Below, piece by piece: positions 11,630 through 21,280 of a stretch of 64,000 nt of DNA. The stretch's first letter is position 1. Each line of letters starts with the position of its first letter. The position numbers were made by a program, and so were the translations under genes. The notes beneath the pieces were generated by a model that saw only the letters and a list, made by a program, of their open reading frames with translations, did no database searches and was not told the DNA's origin. Origin of the DNA: Candidatus Eremiobacteria bacterium (lineage in GTDB: Bacteria > Vulcanimicrobiota > Vulcanimicrobiia > Vulcanimicrobiales > Vulcanimicrobiaceae); NCBI GenBank assembly GCA_963737065.1, contig CAVTRC010000001.1:1696001-1760000 (forward strand), in the 5' to 3' direction.

Positions 11630-12187
11630 TTAGAGCGCTCCCTTCAACGCCGCCACGCCGAGCGATTCGCCGGTTTCGGTGAAGAACGAGTTTGTCATCG
11701 CTTTGAAATTCTTGCTCGCATCGGCGCCGTATTTTACGTCGAGATCGAGCAGCACGTCGCCGGCGATCTCCGGCGGGAACAGCGAAGCAAACAAACGTTC
11801 CACCGTGAACACGTGGCGCTGCGTTCCGGCGGATACGAGCGCGGTTGCGAGTTGCGGTCCGGCTAGATCGGGTGCCTTCGACACCGCGACGTCGGCCTTT
11901 CCGGCCTTCTGCCACGCATCGTCCATCGCAAAATCGAACATCGCGACGAATGCGCCCGTATCCCCGAACTGATCGCGCAAGCGCTGCAACTCATCTTGAA
12001 CGGTTGGTGCTCCGAACATCGAATTGAGCGCGCGAACTGTTGAAAAGCTTCCCGCACCGCCGCCGGCCGCGTAAAACGCGCCGGTAAGTCCGGTCGTATG
12101 TTGCGTCACCGCAAGAGTGGGCAGCGTCGTGGTAACGACGAGAGCGAGAAGGGCGCCGGCGAACGCGACGCCGCGCAAGATTGCCAT
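11630..12187 (-). CDS. Exported hypothetical protein
   Basis: Signal-peptide-like N-terminus MAILRGVAFAGALLALVV; fills the gap between neighbours. Confidence 0.65.
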   Translation of the reverse strand: MAILRGVAFAGALLALVVTTTLPTLAVTQHTTGLTGAFYAAGGGAGSFSTVRALNSMFGAPTVQDELQRLRDQFGDTGAFVAMFDFAMDDAWQKAGKADVAVSKAPDLAGPQLATALVSAGTQRHVFTVERLFASLFPPEIAGDVLLDLDVKYGADASKNFKAMTNSFFTETGESLGVAALKGAL

Positions 12188-12209
12188 GGGTGGATTATTC
12201 CCAAGTCGA

Positions 12210-13460
12210 CTATCGATTCCGGCACGCATCTGCGCGCCGACGCAAAAATTTTTGATCGCGCTCATTAACCGCAAGTGATGCCGCGCGTTCGAATTCCATT
12301 ATCGCGTCGGTGAAACGCGACATTCGTTCAAACAAGTCACCGCGTACGGCAGGTAAGAGGTAATAGCGGTAAAGCGCCGGTTCGTTCGACAGCTCATCGA
12401 CGAGTGGAACGGCTGCTTCCGGCCCAAACGCCATACCGACCGCGACCGCGCGATTGAGACGCACGACCGGTGTCGGCGATCCTTCGACGAGCGCGTCGTA
12501 CAAAGCGACGATGCGCTGCCAATCGGTGTCTGTAAACCGCGATGCGCGCGCGTGGCACGCAGCAACTGCGGCTTGCAAACCATACGGACCAAGAGCGCCA
12601 CATTCGCGTGCGCGTTGGAGTTCGGCGAGACCGCGACGGATCGACGACCGGTCCCATCGCGAGCGGTCCTGATCGGCAAGCAGCACCGGATTGCCATGGG
12701 CGTCGACGCGCGCAGCTGAATGCGAGAATTGTAACTCCATGAGCGCCACCAGGCCATGCACCTCGCTCTCCTCGCCCACGAGGTGCGTCATGACGCGTCC
12801 AAGGCGAAGTGCGTCTTCGCAGAGCGACGGCCGCACCGTGTTCTCACCGGTCGTTGCCGAATAACCTTCATTGAAAATTAAGTAGATGACTTCAAGCACG
12901 CTTGCGACGCGCGAGAGCCGTTCGTGCGCGGTTGGAAGTTCGAACGGAATAGCGGCTTCGCTCAAGGAACGCTTCGCTCGCACAATGCGCTGCGCGATCG
13001 TCGGTTCCGATGTCAGGAACGCCCGCGCGATCTCGGAGGTCGTCAGTCCACCGACAAGGCGAAGCGTCAGCGCGACACGCGCTTCTTTCGACAGCACGGG
13101 ATGGCACGTGATGAACATCAATCGGAGCATCTCATCACCGACGTCTTGATCCAGCATTTCGATCTCGCCTTCGATCGACGCCGATGCCGGCGTCGAGCGC
13201 GCAAGTTCGCCCGTTTTCAACTGCAGCGTTGCTTCGCGGCGGTATCGGTCCGCCGCTCGACGCTTGGCGGTCGTCGTGAGCCACGCGCCGGGATTGATTG
13301 GGATTCCTTGCGCCGGCCATTGCTCCAGGGCGCAGACGAAAGCGTCGTGAGCGATGTCCTCAGCGAGTGCGAGATCGCGCGTGAGCCGCATGAGAGATGC
13401 GATGAGCTGAGGCGACTCGATCCGCCAAATCGTTTCGAGCCGCCGCTCGAAGTCACTCAT
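12210..13460 (-). CDS. ECF sigma factor with C-terminal TPR-like extension (ECF42-like)
   Basis: Sigma2 (AEDIAHDAF..W, PGAWLTTTAK), LMFITCHP, sigma4 (GGLTTSEIARAFL), IYLIFNEGY; downstream of two DGPF genes. Confidence 0.88.
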   Translation of the reverse strand: MSDFERRLETIWRIESPQLIASLMRLTRDLALAEDIAHDAFVCALEQWPAQGIPINPGAWLTTTAKRRAADRYRREATLQLKTGELARSTPASASIEGEIEMLDQDVGDEMLRLMFITCHPVLSKEARVALTLRLVGGLTTSEIARAFLTSEPTIAQRIVRAKRSLSEAAIPFELPTAHERLSRVASVLEVIYLIFNEGYSATTGENTVRPSLCEDALRLGRVMTHLVGEESEVHGLVALMELQFSHSAARVDAHGNPVLLADQDRSRWDRSSIRRGLAELQRARECGALGPYGLQAAVAACHARASRFTDTDWQRIVALYDALVEGSPTPVVRLNRAVAVGMAFGPEAAVPLVDELSNEPALYRYYLLPAVRGDLFERMSRFTDAIMEFERAASLAVNERDQKFLRRRADACRNR

Positions 13461-13463
13461 CGA

Positions 13464-13814
13464 TCAATCGAGAGCGCTGATAACCTCGATCAGCTCGCAC
13501 TCGCCGTGCCCGGTGACGGCGAGAAATTGCTCCGTCAGTTCGAGTGCCCGCTCGCGGGAGGGAACGTTGAACAGCGCATATCCGCCGACGAGCTCCTTGG
13601 TCTCCGCGAACGGTCCGTCCGTGACGCTGAACGTTCCACCGCCGGTCACGCGCACGCGCGCCAGCATCCCGCTCGGCACGACACCGCCCGTGTCCACCAA
13701 CTCGCCGGACGCGATGAATTCTGCGATGAGCTTGCCCATCTTCTCGTGCATGTCCGGCGATGGTCCGCTTTCGAAGTTTTTCGGATCCGTGCGATAGATC
13801 GAAACGATCTTCAT
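13464..13814 (-). CDS. YciI/DGPF-family protein
   Basis: TDGPFAETKELVGGY signature. Confidence 0.88.
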   Translation of the reverse strand: MKIVSIYRTDPKNFESGPSPDMHEKMGKLIAEFIASGELVDTGGVVPSGMLARVRVTGGGTFSVTDGPFAETKELVGGYALFNVPSRERALELTEQFLAVTGHGECELIEVISALD

Positions 13815-14230
13815 TTACCAAGCCCTCCGATTCTCAGAGCCGCTTCTTGTTCGCGAAGCTCCGGCGTGAATGCGTCTCCGAGATCGTCCGCCTCATAGAG
13901 TGCGCGGATCTCGAGCACGTCGCCGTTATCGAAGCACGGTGCCTGCCGAAACCATTCGACGGCTTCTTCAAGCGACTTCATTTGCACGAGCCAGTAGCCC
14001 GCAATGAGCTCTTTGGTCTCGGCAAACGGCCCGTCGATGACGGTTCGTTTATCACCGTCGAACCTGATACGCGCGCCTTGCGAACTGGGCTTGAGCCCGT
14101 CACCCTCCAAGAGGAGGCCGGCCTTTGCGAGTCGCTCGTTGAACGCGCCCATCGCGGTTAGCTCTTCGGTGGTGGGAAGGTCGCCTGACTCGATTTTCGC
14201 GTTCGACCGGACCATGACCATGAACCGCAT
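13811..14230 (-). CDS. YciI/DGPF-family protein
   Basis: IDGPFAETKELIAGYW signature; AAGGAG RBS before ATG 14230. Confidence 0.9.
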   Translation of the reverse strand: MRFMVMVRSNAKIESGDLPTTEELTAMGAFNERLAKAGLLLEGDGLKPSSQGARIRFDGDKRTVIDGPFAETKELIAGYWLVQMKSLEEAVEWFRQAPCFDNGDVLEIRALYEADDLGDAFTPELREQEAALRIGGLGK

Positions 14231-14255
14231 GTGGATCTCCTTATTTGGTGTTGTT

Positions 14256-14921
14256 CTACCAGGAACGTCGAACGGCCGGTGATGGAATCGACACGGGGGT
14301 CGAACTATCTCGCAACCGAGCCCAGCGCTCAACGAAAAAGGTCTTCGCGCCGTCCGGCGCCGTGGTGAGGTAGCCGCGGACAACGATTGAGGCTTGCGGG
14401 GCGGAGGTTAGTGTGCGCGCGAGACGGATCGTCCCAGTCTGATCGCTCAACTGCGCTTTTGCCGCATCGACGGTGCCGGCGATCGTCACTTCGTCGCCTT
14501 CTTTGATTTTCGTTAAGGCGGCGACCGGAACCGCATTGATGAAGCGTATCGGAACCGACGTTTCAGCTTGCGTTGTGATCGTCAACATGCGCGCGCGCAG
14601 CGTATACGCGCCCGGTGCGGGAGCCGCTCCGTCGCTCGCGATGCCGTTCCATATAAACACCGCGAGCACGTTCGGGCCTGGTGCAAACGAACGGGTATGC
14701 GGCGGAAAGCGCACGGTCTCGGGCGTCGGCCGCAACGACGTCCACACCACGTCCGAGCCGTGCAGCAAGTCGAGCTCGTATTGCGCCGGCGATGAAAACG
14801 TTGCGTTCACCGGCATTTTTGCGGAATTGTGCGCAACGACTTCGATGTTCACGGCATCGAGAACGTCAAACGTTGCCCGTTGAAGCTGAAGCGAAAGAGT
14901 CAACGCCGCTGCGAAAAACAT
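14256..14921 (-). CDS. Exported hypothetical protein with BsuPI-like beta-sandwich region
   Basis: Short signal-like start; ATFSSPAQYEL..VVWTS and WNG..APGAYTL patterns. Confidence 0.55.
   Translation of the reverse strand: MFFAAALTLSLQLQRATFDVLDAVNIEVVAHNSAKMPVNATFSSPAQYELDLLHGSDVVWTSLRPTPETVRFPPHTRSFAPGPNVLAVFIWNGIASDGAAPAPGAYTLRARMLTITTQAETSVPIRFINAVPVAALTKIKEGDEVTIAGTVDAAKAQLSDQTGTIRLARTLTSAPQASIVVRGYLTTAPDGAKTFFVERWARLRDSSTPVSIPSPAVRRSW
14267..14293 (-). promoter_or_regulatory. Candidate ECF42-type autoregulatory promoter
   Basis: Minus strand TGTCGA-N17-CGAC upstream of the DGPF-DGPF-sigma operon, resembling the TGTCGA/CG(A/T)C motif reported for ECF42. Confidence 0.6.
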
Positions 14922-16251
14922 GAAGCAGTCCCTTTGATAACGAGATGGGTTGAAGGTACGTTGCCGTGTCGATGAACGCTTCCTCGTCGATGACCACGAG
15001 ATCGGCGATCATTCCTTCGCATATTTGCCCGCGGTCGCGTATAGCGAAGCTCTTCGACGGCAGCGACGTCATGCGGCGCACCGCTTCTTCAAGCGCGAGC
15101 ACCCTTCGCCGGCGCACAAAGCGTCCGAAGATGCGGGGAAACGTGCCGTACGCGCGTGGGTGAATCAAGCCGAAGATTTGTTCGTCGCCGCTATAGCTGG
15201 GCGCCGCCGTTCCGATCGCGCAAAAATCGGCCGAGAGTGCCAGTGCGACATCGTCTTCCTTCAAGCAGAAATGAAATGCGCGCGCAGCATGTCGTTCGCC
15301 GGCGATGAAATCGACGACCGCGCGTGCCGGCGTTCGCCACGTCTGCTTTGCGATCTCATCGAATCGCATCCCGCACCACGCGATGCGCTCTTCGCTGCCC
15401 ACTTCTGCGAGCATCACGTCCTGCCATATATCACCCAGACGCGCCTGCATCTCGATCGTGACAGCAGCGGCTAACGCGTCGTCGCGCAGCATCTCCGGTG
15501 TAACGCCCGGAGGAAGCAACGACGAGAGTTCGATCCACGCCGCGGTGTACGGCGTCACATCGCACGTAATCGACACACCGCGCGTGCGGGCGCGATCGAT
15601 TCGTTCGAGCGTTCGTTCCATTCGCCCGGTCTCGTGCGGATACACGACGTGATGATTGCGGATGTGTACGTGAACCATTGCGCGTTCGGCGAGCGCGATC
15701 GCTTCATCGACGGCATCGATGACGGCGTTGCCGTTGTCGCGAATGCGAACGGAGACGCGCGGCGCTCCGGAACCCGAAGCGGTTTTGGCGAGTGAGACTG
15801 CTGCATCGAGCGGCGTGACCGCCAGGTCGATTGCGACGCCCGCCGCGCCCGCTGCAATCGCGGCCTCGACCGCGCTTTCCGCAAGAAAAGTGCCGTGGGT
15901 CCCGTGCTCCCGGGCGGCCGCTAGGGCAAACAGCTCCTCAATCGGGATGCGTTCGTCCCAATGATCCATCAAGGGAGCGGTGGAAAGCCCTGTTATCTCT
16001 CCGGTGATTCCTTGGCTGCTCTTCGAATTTGCTTGAAAACCGGCGAGCCACTTCCGGCCGGTATGGGAACAAGCATCTATGAAGCCCGGCGCCACAACTT
16101 TTCCTCGGCAATCATAGCGCCGCCGGGCGTCACGGTCGGAGCAATCACCGATGAGCGCAATGCGATCTTCGGCGAGCGCGATGTCCGTTGAAAATCGAGG
16201 TCGCCCCAATCCGTCAACGATTGAGGCGCCCTCTAAAACCGTCGTAATCAC
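14866..16251 (-). CDS. N-acyl-D-amino-acid deacylase-like amidohydrolase (degenerate metal motif)
   Basis: IVDGLG, VVAPGFID, HPRAYGTFPR, EAVRRMTSLP, ADLVV. Confidence 0.75.
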   Translation of the reverse strand: MITTVLEGASIVDGLGRPRFSTDIALAEDRIALIGDCSDRDARRRYDCRGKVVAPGFIDACSHTGRKWLAGFQANSKSSQGITGEITGLSTAPLMDHWDERIPIEELFALAAAREHGTHGTFLAESAVEAAIAAGAAGVAIDLAVTPLDAAVSLAKTASGSGAPRVSVRIRDNGNAVIDAVDEAIALAERAMVHVHIRNHHVVYPHETGRMERTLERIDRARTRGVSITCDVTPYTAAWIELSSLLPPGVTPEMLRDDALAAAVTIEMQARLGDIWQDVMLAEVGSEERIAWCGMRFDEIAKQTWRTPARAVVDFIAGERHAARAFHFCLKEDDVALALSADFCAIGTAAPSYSGDEQIFGLIHPRAYGTFPRIFGRFVRRRRVLALEEAVRRMTSLPSKSFAIRDRGQICEGMIADLVVIDEEAFIDTATYLQPISLSKGLLHVFRSGVDSFASASTGNV

Positions 16252-16267
16252 GCTAGGAAATTCCTTG

Positions 16268-16292
16268 GTTTACCGAGCGGTTGGGCGGGCAA
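16268..16292 (+). promoter_or_regulatory. Possible SigB/SigF-type general stress promoter
   Basis: GTTT-N15-GGGCAA upstream of the KGG genes. Confidence 0.35.
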
Positions 16293-16333
16293 TAAGTACC
16301 TTCGCATACTTCTTTCGAGGTGAATAACAAATA

Positions 16334-16552
16334 ATGGCGATGCAAGAAGACCCGCAGGGCGGTATGAGCGTTCGCGAAGCCGGTCGCCGCGGCGGCGAAC
16401 GAGTCAAAGCCAAGTATGGCACGGAGTTTTACGAAGAGATCGGACGTAAGGGTGGTGAAGCCACCAAGACAAAGTACGGTCCGTCGTTCTACGAAGTCAT
16501 CGGCCAAAAAGGCGGCCAAAAACCGAAGCGCAAGTCTGGTTCTTCGTCTTAG
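16334..16552 (+). CDS. KGG-repeat general stress protein (GsiB/Em-like)
   Basis: MSVREAGRRGG and 22-aa FYEEIGRKGG repeats; GAGGTG RBS. Confidence 0.85.
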   Translation: MAMQEDPQGGMSVREAGRRGGERVKAKYGTEFYEEIGRKGGEATKTKYGPSFYEVIGQKGGQKPKRKSGSSS

Positions 16553-16587
16553 CGCGCATTCATCTCGGGTGACCACGATCGGGAGTT

Positions 16588-16917
16588 ATGGCTGACAAAA
16601 AGGGCGACCCGGACGACCGTAAGGAAATGTCCGTTCGCGAAGCCGGCAAGAAGGGCGGAGATACCGTTCGAGATCGCTACGGTTCGACGTTCTACGAAGA
16701 GATCGGCCGAAAAGGCGGCAAGGCGACGCGAGATCGCCATGGCGTCGAATTTTATGAGTCCATCGGACAAAAAGGCGGGAAGGTCGTTAAGGATAAGTAC
16801 GGACCCGACTTTTACGAAGAAATCGGCCACAAGGGCGGTCAAAAAGTCAAGAAATTGATTGCCGAAGCTAAAAAGAAACTCGAAGAGCCCGGCAGCGAGC
16901 CGGGAACGGAAGAATAA
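16588..16917 (+). CDS. KGG-repeat general stress protein (GsiB/Em-like)
   Basis: MSVREAGKKGG plus three FYE(E/S)IGxKGG repeats; GGGAG RBS. Confidence 0.88.
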   Translation: MADKKGDPDDRKEMSVREAGKKGGDTVRDRYGSTFYEEIGRKGGKATRDRHGVEFYESIGQKGGKVVKDKYGPDFYEEIGHKGGQKVKKLIAEAKKKLEEPGSEPGTEE

Positions 16918-16923
16918 CCGGAA

Positions 16924-17430
16924 TTATTTGCAGGCGCCGGCGGCAATTAGCCGCCGTGCCTCGCTTCCAACCGTCTCGGCCGGCACGCTTCCATCAGGTT
17001 GAAGCGTCATCGCAAGTTTGCCGCGTGTACTCCACGCGACGCCGTCCGGCTTGTAGTGCGCAACCGCACACGGCGCATGCGTGATGTCCTGACCGCGCAA
17101 AAATAGCAAGTCGAAGTTCTGCTTCGGCCACTCGGAAAGCAGCCACGTCATGCGGTTGTTCTCATACTCTATCGCGACGCCGCGGTTCGCCGGCGTATCC
17201 TGGTCGCCTAGCGGCGGAATCACCGCGTACTTCAGAACGTGCGGCTCCGGCGGAATCCACGGCCGGTATGAAATTTTCGTCACCGCCTGTTCTAAGGGCA
17301 TCACGATGCCGCGGTCGTCGATCATCAATGGCGCGGACGACGGAGTTGGCGCGGCCGCTTGCCCGATGTGGCAGCCCGCCGGAGCAAGCACGAGCAGCAC
17401 GCTTATAAGAAGCGAGCGGTGAGGGTGCAT
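16924..17430 (-). CDS. Hypothetical lipoprotein
   Basis: Hydrophobic stretch ending LAPAGC (lipobox-like). Confidence 0.6.
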   Translation of the reverse strand: MHPHRSLLISVLLVLAPAGCHIGQAAAPTPSSAPLMIDDRGIVMPLEQAVTKISYRPWIPPEPHVLKYAVIPPLGDQDTPANRGVAIEYENNRMTWLLSEWPKQNFDLLFLRGQDITHAPCAVAHYKPDGVAWSTRGKLAMTLQPDGSVPAETVGSEARRLIAAGACK

Positions 17431-17489
17431 GCCATCAGTATCGGTTAGGGCAGGCGAGCGCTTCATCCATCGGGGCGGGGAGCGCGAGA

Positions 17490-18047
17490 TTATTTTTCGA
17501 GCTCGAACCCGCCCGAGATGCCGCCGAGATGGATGCTGCCCGTATCGAAGTTAATCGTCACGCTTTGCAGCTTTAGCGTCTGATCGCCCGAGTGGATGTA
17601 ACTCGGATGATCCATGCGCAACATTTTTGCGCCGTTCGTCCAAACAACGAGGTCCGTGTCGAACGTACGATGCTGCGGATCGTCGATCATCACCACGTGT
17701 ACCGTGCCGAGTGCGGTGAAGTTCAATGATTGCGTATCGATGCTGATGTGTTGCGCCGCGACGCGTAGATACGGCTTGCCTTTGCGCAGCACGATGCCGT
17801 TGCGCACGCCGTCCACCGTGCCCGTTGTGCCGTCCGGTGAGAGATGCGCGCTCTTGTAGTCGAAACTCCACGATTTCGTCGAGATGCGATTTCCCTGCAC
17901 GTGGCCGCCGTGCAACGTAATGCCGTTTTGCGTCGTCGGCAGCGGCGGCGTGCCGTGACCCGCGAGAATCACTTCGGTCACGACATACACGAGCACGGCT
18001 GCACCGGCGAGCCATCCGAGGATCTTCCATCCGAATCTAGATCGCAC
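17490..18047 (-). CDS. LptC/OstA-like protein with single TM anchor
   Basis: N-terminal TM helix, beta-rich body (SWSFDYKSA, NFTALGTV, FDTDLVVW); downstream of lnt. Confidence 0.5.
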   Translation of the reverse strand: MRSRFGWKILGWLAGAAVLVYVVTEVILAGHGTPPLPTTQNGITLHGGHVQGNRISTKSWSFDYKSAHLSPDGTTGTVDGVRNGIVLRKGKPYLRVAAQHISIDTQSLNFTALGTVHVVMIDDPQHRTFDTDLVVWTNGAKMLRMDHPSYIHSGDQTLKLQSVTINFDTGSIHLGGISGGFELEK

Positions 18048-19533
18048 CGCGCCTCCCGGGAACGAAAATCAGCAGCAGATACAGCAAGAGCATCGCAACA
18101 CACACACGCGTCGGGCCGATGTGAGCAAAGAATGAACCGGCGGGTTTTCCGACCTTTCCAAAGACGACCTGTTGTGTTTCAAGCGGTGCGCGGGCTTGCC
18201 ACGTGCCGTCGGGCGCGATAATCCCGCTGATGCCCGTCGCCGCGGCACGTACGACGTAGGCGCCGGCTTCGATCGCGCGTAGCTGTGCAATCTGCGCGTG
18301 TTGGTACGGACCCGACGTCGTACCGAACCATGCGTCGTCCGTCGCAACGACGAGGACTTGCGCGCCGTCGCGCACTTCCGCATACGCGAGATCGCCGAAC
18401 GCAGATTCCCAGCAAATCAGCGGACCGATCGTTACGCCCGCCGTCGTCGGAAACACCAAAGCCCCGTCGCCTTGCGCGAAATGTCCGTTCAACTCGCCGA
18501 TGTACGGAAGCCACCACAGCCACTGCTGTGCGGGAAAATGCTCGGCAAACGGAACGAGTTGCCGCTTATCATACGTTCCGCTCAAGCCTTGCGGAGTGAA
18601 GAGAAACAGGCTGTTGTAGAACACGTTGTTGCGTAGATCCAGACTTCCCGCAACGAGTGTCGTGTCGCCCTGCCGCGCGAGATCGGTGAACGCGTTCAAT
18701 AAGTCGGGACGTTGATTCAATCCGCCGTTTGCGATCGCGATAACGGTCTCCGGCCAAACGATCAGCTTCGGATCGCGCGCGAGCGCGCTTTGGGTCATCG
18801 ATTCGTACCGGTCGATTGACTCTTCCAAAGCGCCGCGCTGCCACTTGAGCGATTGCGTAATGTTTCCTTGCACCGCGGCGACCGCAATCGCCGGCGGTGG
18901 AACGCTGCGCGCGGGCCATGCAATCCACGCCACCGCGGCCGCAACGATGATGCTCGCAACGGTAAGTGCGAATGCCCGCCACGATCGTCGCGCGATTGCG
19001 TCGGCGGCATACGCGCCGAACGCGCACAAAACGAACGTGACGCCGCTTGTTCCGATATAGGCTGCTAACGCCCGCAGCGGTGTATCGGCTTGCGTGTAGC
19101 CGAGTTGGGCGAACGGAACGCCGAGCGGGCCGATCGAGCGCGTCCATTCCATAACCGCGAACGCCGCCGCGGTCGCAAGCGGTGCAAGCGCCGGAAGCGC
19201 GCGTTCACGCGCGACCCAACCGAGCAATGCCGCCGCTCCGAACGCGAGCGCCTCGATCGCAGCCGCGACGATGACCGCCGCATAAGCCAGAGGGCCGACT
19301 ATCGTTTGGATTGTCGTGGTCCACCACCAGAAATTGATGGTGAAAAAGATCCATCCGGCGAACCAACCGGTGGCGAACGCGCGTTTCCAGGATGCGCCTT
19401 CCCATGCGAAGAACAGCGCGGCGGCTCCAAGCGGGGCGAAAGCCGCGATCCCGGTTCGCGGGAACGCGAGCGCCAGGAGGATGGCACCCGAAGCCGCAAC
19501 GGCCGCGCTGCGCGCCCGTTCTGAGGAGAGCAT
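18037..19533 (-). CDS. lnt: Apolipoprotein N-acyltransferase
   Basis: Multi-TM N-terminus; VQGNI, VWPET, YDKRQLVPFAE, ICWES nitrilase-type triad; start uncertain. Confidence 0.92.
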   Translation of the reverse strand: MLSSERARSAAVAASGAILLALAFPRTGIAAFAPLGAAALFFAWEGASWKRAFATGWFAGWIFFTINFWWWTTTIQTIVGPLAYAAVIVAAAIEALAFGAAALLGWVARERALPALAPLATAAAFAVMEWTRSIGPLGVPFAQLGYTQADTPLRALAAYIGTSGVTFVLCAFGAYAADAIARRSWRAFALTVASIIVAAAVAWIAWPARSVPPPAIAVAAVQGNITQSLKWQRGALEESIDRYESMTQSALARDPKLIVWPETVIAIANGGLNQRPDLLNAFTDLARQGDTTLVAGSLDLRNNVFYNSLFLFTPQGLSGTYDKRQLVPFAEHFPAQQWLWWLPYIGELNGHFAQGDGALVFPTTAGVTIGPLICWESAFGDLAYAEVRDGAQVLVVATDDAWFGTTSGPYQHAQIAQLRAIEAGAYVVRAAATGISGIIAPDGTWQARAPLETQQVVFGKVGKPAGSFFAHIGPTRVCVAMLLLYLLLIFVPGRRGAI

Positions 19534-20365
19534 GATTCGTAGATTCGGTTTCGTCGTCGTTTTTGTCAGTGCGCTCATCGTAGCCGCGTGCGGACGTCAG
19601 GTAACGCCGAACAGATTCAATGGCCCGGGAGGCAATCTGCCCGCCGGCTTCATGCAAGCCAAGTTCCAGGTCAATCAACCCTTCAACTTCCAAAACTATT
19701 CGTACGTGATCGTTTTCGATACGCAGGGCGACGGCTTCACGCCGGATGCAAACGGCACTCAGACGGCGTATCGCGGCTATAATTTCGCGATCGTCGTGAG
19801 CGGAACGTCGGGCAATGTCACTGCGACCGCGTATTATTTCTATCGTCCGAGCAACAACGCGGCGCCAATTCTCCTCCCGGTACCCGTAGTGGCCGGCCAG
19901 CTGCAGTTCACGCCGAACCTCAACGGACAAGGCACGCAGTTTCAGGTCCTATTCAATCGCGTGATGGCGGGCGCGTATGCAACGGCCACACCCTCGGGAG
20001 GCGCAAGCGCATCACCGACCGCATCGACGAATCCATCGCCGACGGCCAGCGGCGCATCGCCCAGTGCATCGCCGACCGCAACGCCCGTTCCCGGTACGGC
20101 GGCGACGTGGACGTTCAACTATTTCGTCGTCCAAGGTTCGATTCAACAAGGCGTCGCGTTGATCGGCGGCGTCGCGGGCGCATCGGGCGCGGGGTACATC
20201 GTCGACTCGCTGGGATCCGGCGGAGCAAACGACGCAACGTATACCTCACCGAATCTCGATACGACGGCGAGTTTCGATACGGGTGCGTTCTTTCCGCGAG
20301 CCGGTACGCATGCGAGCGATCCAACCGCGCAGATTCAATCAGGCGATATCGCCAACAATCCGTAG
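19532..20365 (+). CDS. Hypothetical lipoprotein with Ser/Pro/Thr linker
   Basis: GAGGAG RBS, MIRRFGFVVVFVSALIVAAC lipobox. Confidence 0.75.
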   Translation: MIRRFGFVVVFVSALIVAACGRQVTPNRFNGPGGNLPAGFMQAKFQVNQPFNFQNYSYVIVFDTQGDGFTPDANGTQTAYRGYNFAIVVSGTSGNVTATAYYFYRPSNNAAPILLPVPVVAGQLQFTPNLNGQGTQFQVLFNRVMAGAYATATPSGGASASPTASTNPSPTASGASPSASPTATPVPGTAATWTFNYFVVQGSIQQGVALIGGVAGASGAGYIVDSLGSGGANDATYTSPNLDTTASFDTGAFFPRAGTHASDPTAQIQSGDIANNP

Positions 20366-20455
20366 CGCGACGCCAAGAGCCGAGGACCGCCTTTTTAGAA
20401 CCGACTGAGCCGGGTTTGATTGGCGGCGCCGCGCTGAGCACGGTACGATGCGCCG

Positions 20456-21273
20456 GTGAAATGCCGACTCGCGCTTGTGCTCGTTCTGCTTGCGGCAACG
20501 CAACCTTCGCGCGGGCGTCGACGCGCGGCTGGAGCGTCGACGACGCGCGTCGCCGTCTGCGTGGTAAAGCAGGCACGTTACTGTCCATTGCGTTCGTGCA
20601 CCCGGGATCGAAATCACCGCAGACGCTGTCGCTCGTCCGCGCGGACGTGAAACCGCCGACGGTATATTTCTCGATGTTGCCTTACGACATTGCGTACATC
20701 TACATCGCGACGTTCGGCGACGATACTGCGCGCGAATTTCATACCGCGGTGCAGCGGAGCGAAGCCGCCGGCGCGCGCGCTTACGTCGTCGACCTGCGCA
20801 ACGACGGAGGCGGTATCGTGGAAACCGCGTTGCAGATCTCGTCGGGATTCGTCTCGAGCGGTCCGCTTGTTTCCATTGAAACGAGCGGCGGCCACATCGA
20901 TACGTTCGATGCTGACGCCGGCGCAATTGCTCCCAAACCGCTTGCGGTGCTGGTGAACGGATATAGCGCCTCGGCCTCGGAAATAACGGCGGCCGCGATT
21001 GCTGAATCGGGCTCGGGCATTTTGGTCGGTACGACGACGTTCGGCAAGGGCGTCGTGCAATCCGTAACGCGATTTGCCGACGGCTCCGCGATCAAGATCA
21101 CGACCGGCCGCTATTTCACGCCGCTGAACCACGACATCAACGGTCGGGGCATCGTGCCGGGCGTTATTGTGCAAGAAAATTCGAAAGCCGTCTTCGGCGA
21201 GCCCGGCCACGATGCGCAACTTGCTCGCGCCGTACAGGTCCTCGAAGAGCGACTACCGCCTCGAGGGGTATAA
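20456..21273 (+). pseudogene. S41 C-terminal processing protease, internally deleted and frameshifted
   Basis: Signal peptide MKCRLALVLVLLAA in one frame; PDZ tail and DLRNDGGG, SASASE, TFGKG in another; junction near 20513. Confidence 0.7.
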
Positions 21274-21280
21274 GCCCCGC

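Noticed and set aside
16334..16917. 66-bp periodic repeats as a possible CRISPR array
   Set aside because: They are degenerate coding repeats of KGG proteins with no unique spacers and no cas genes
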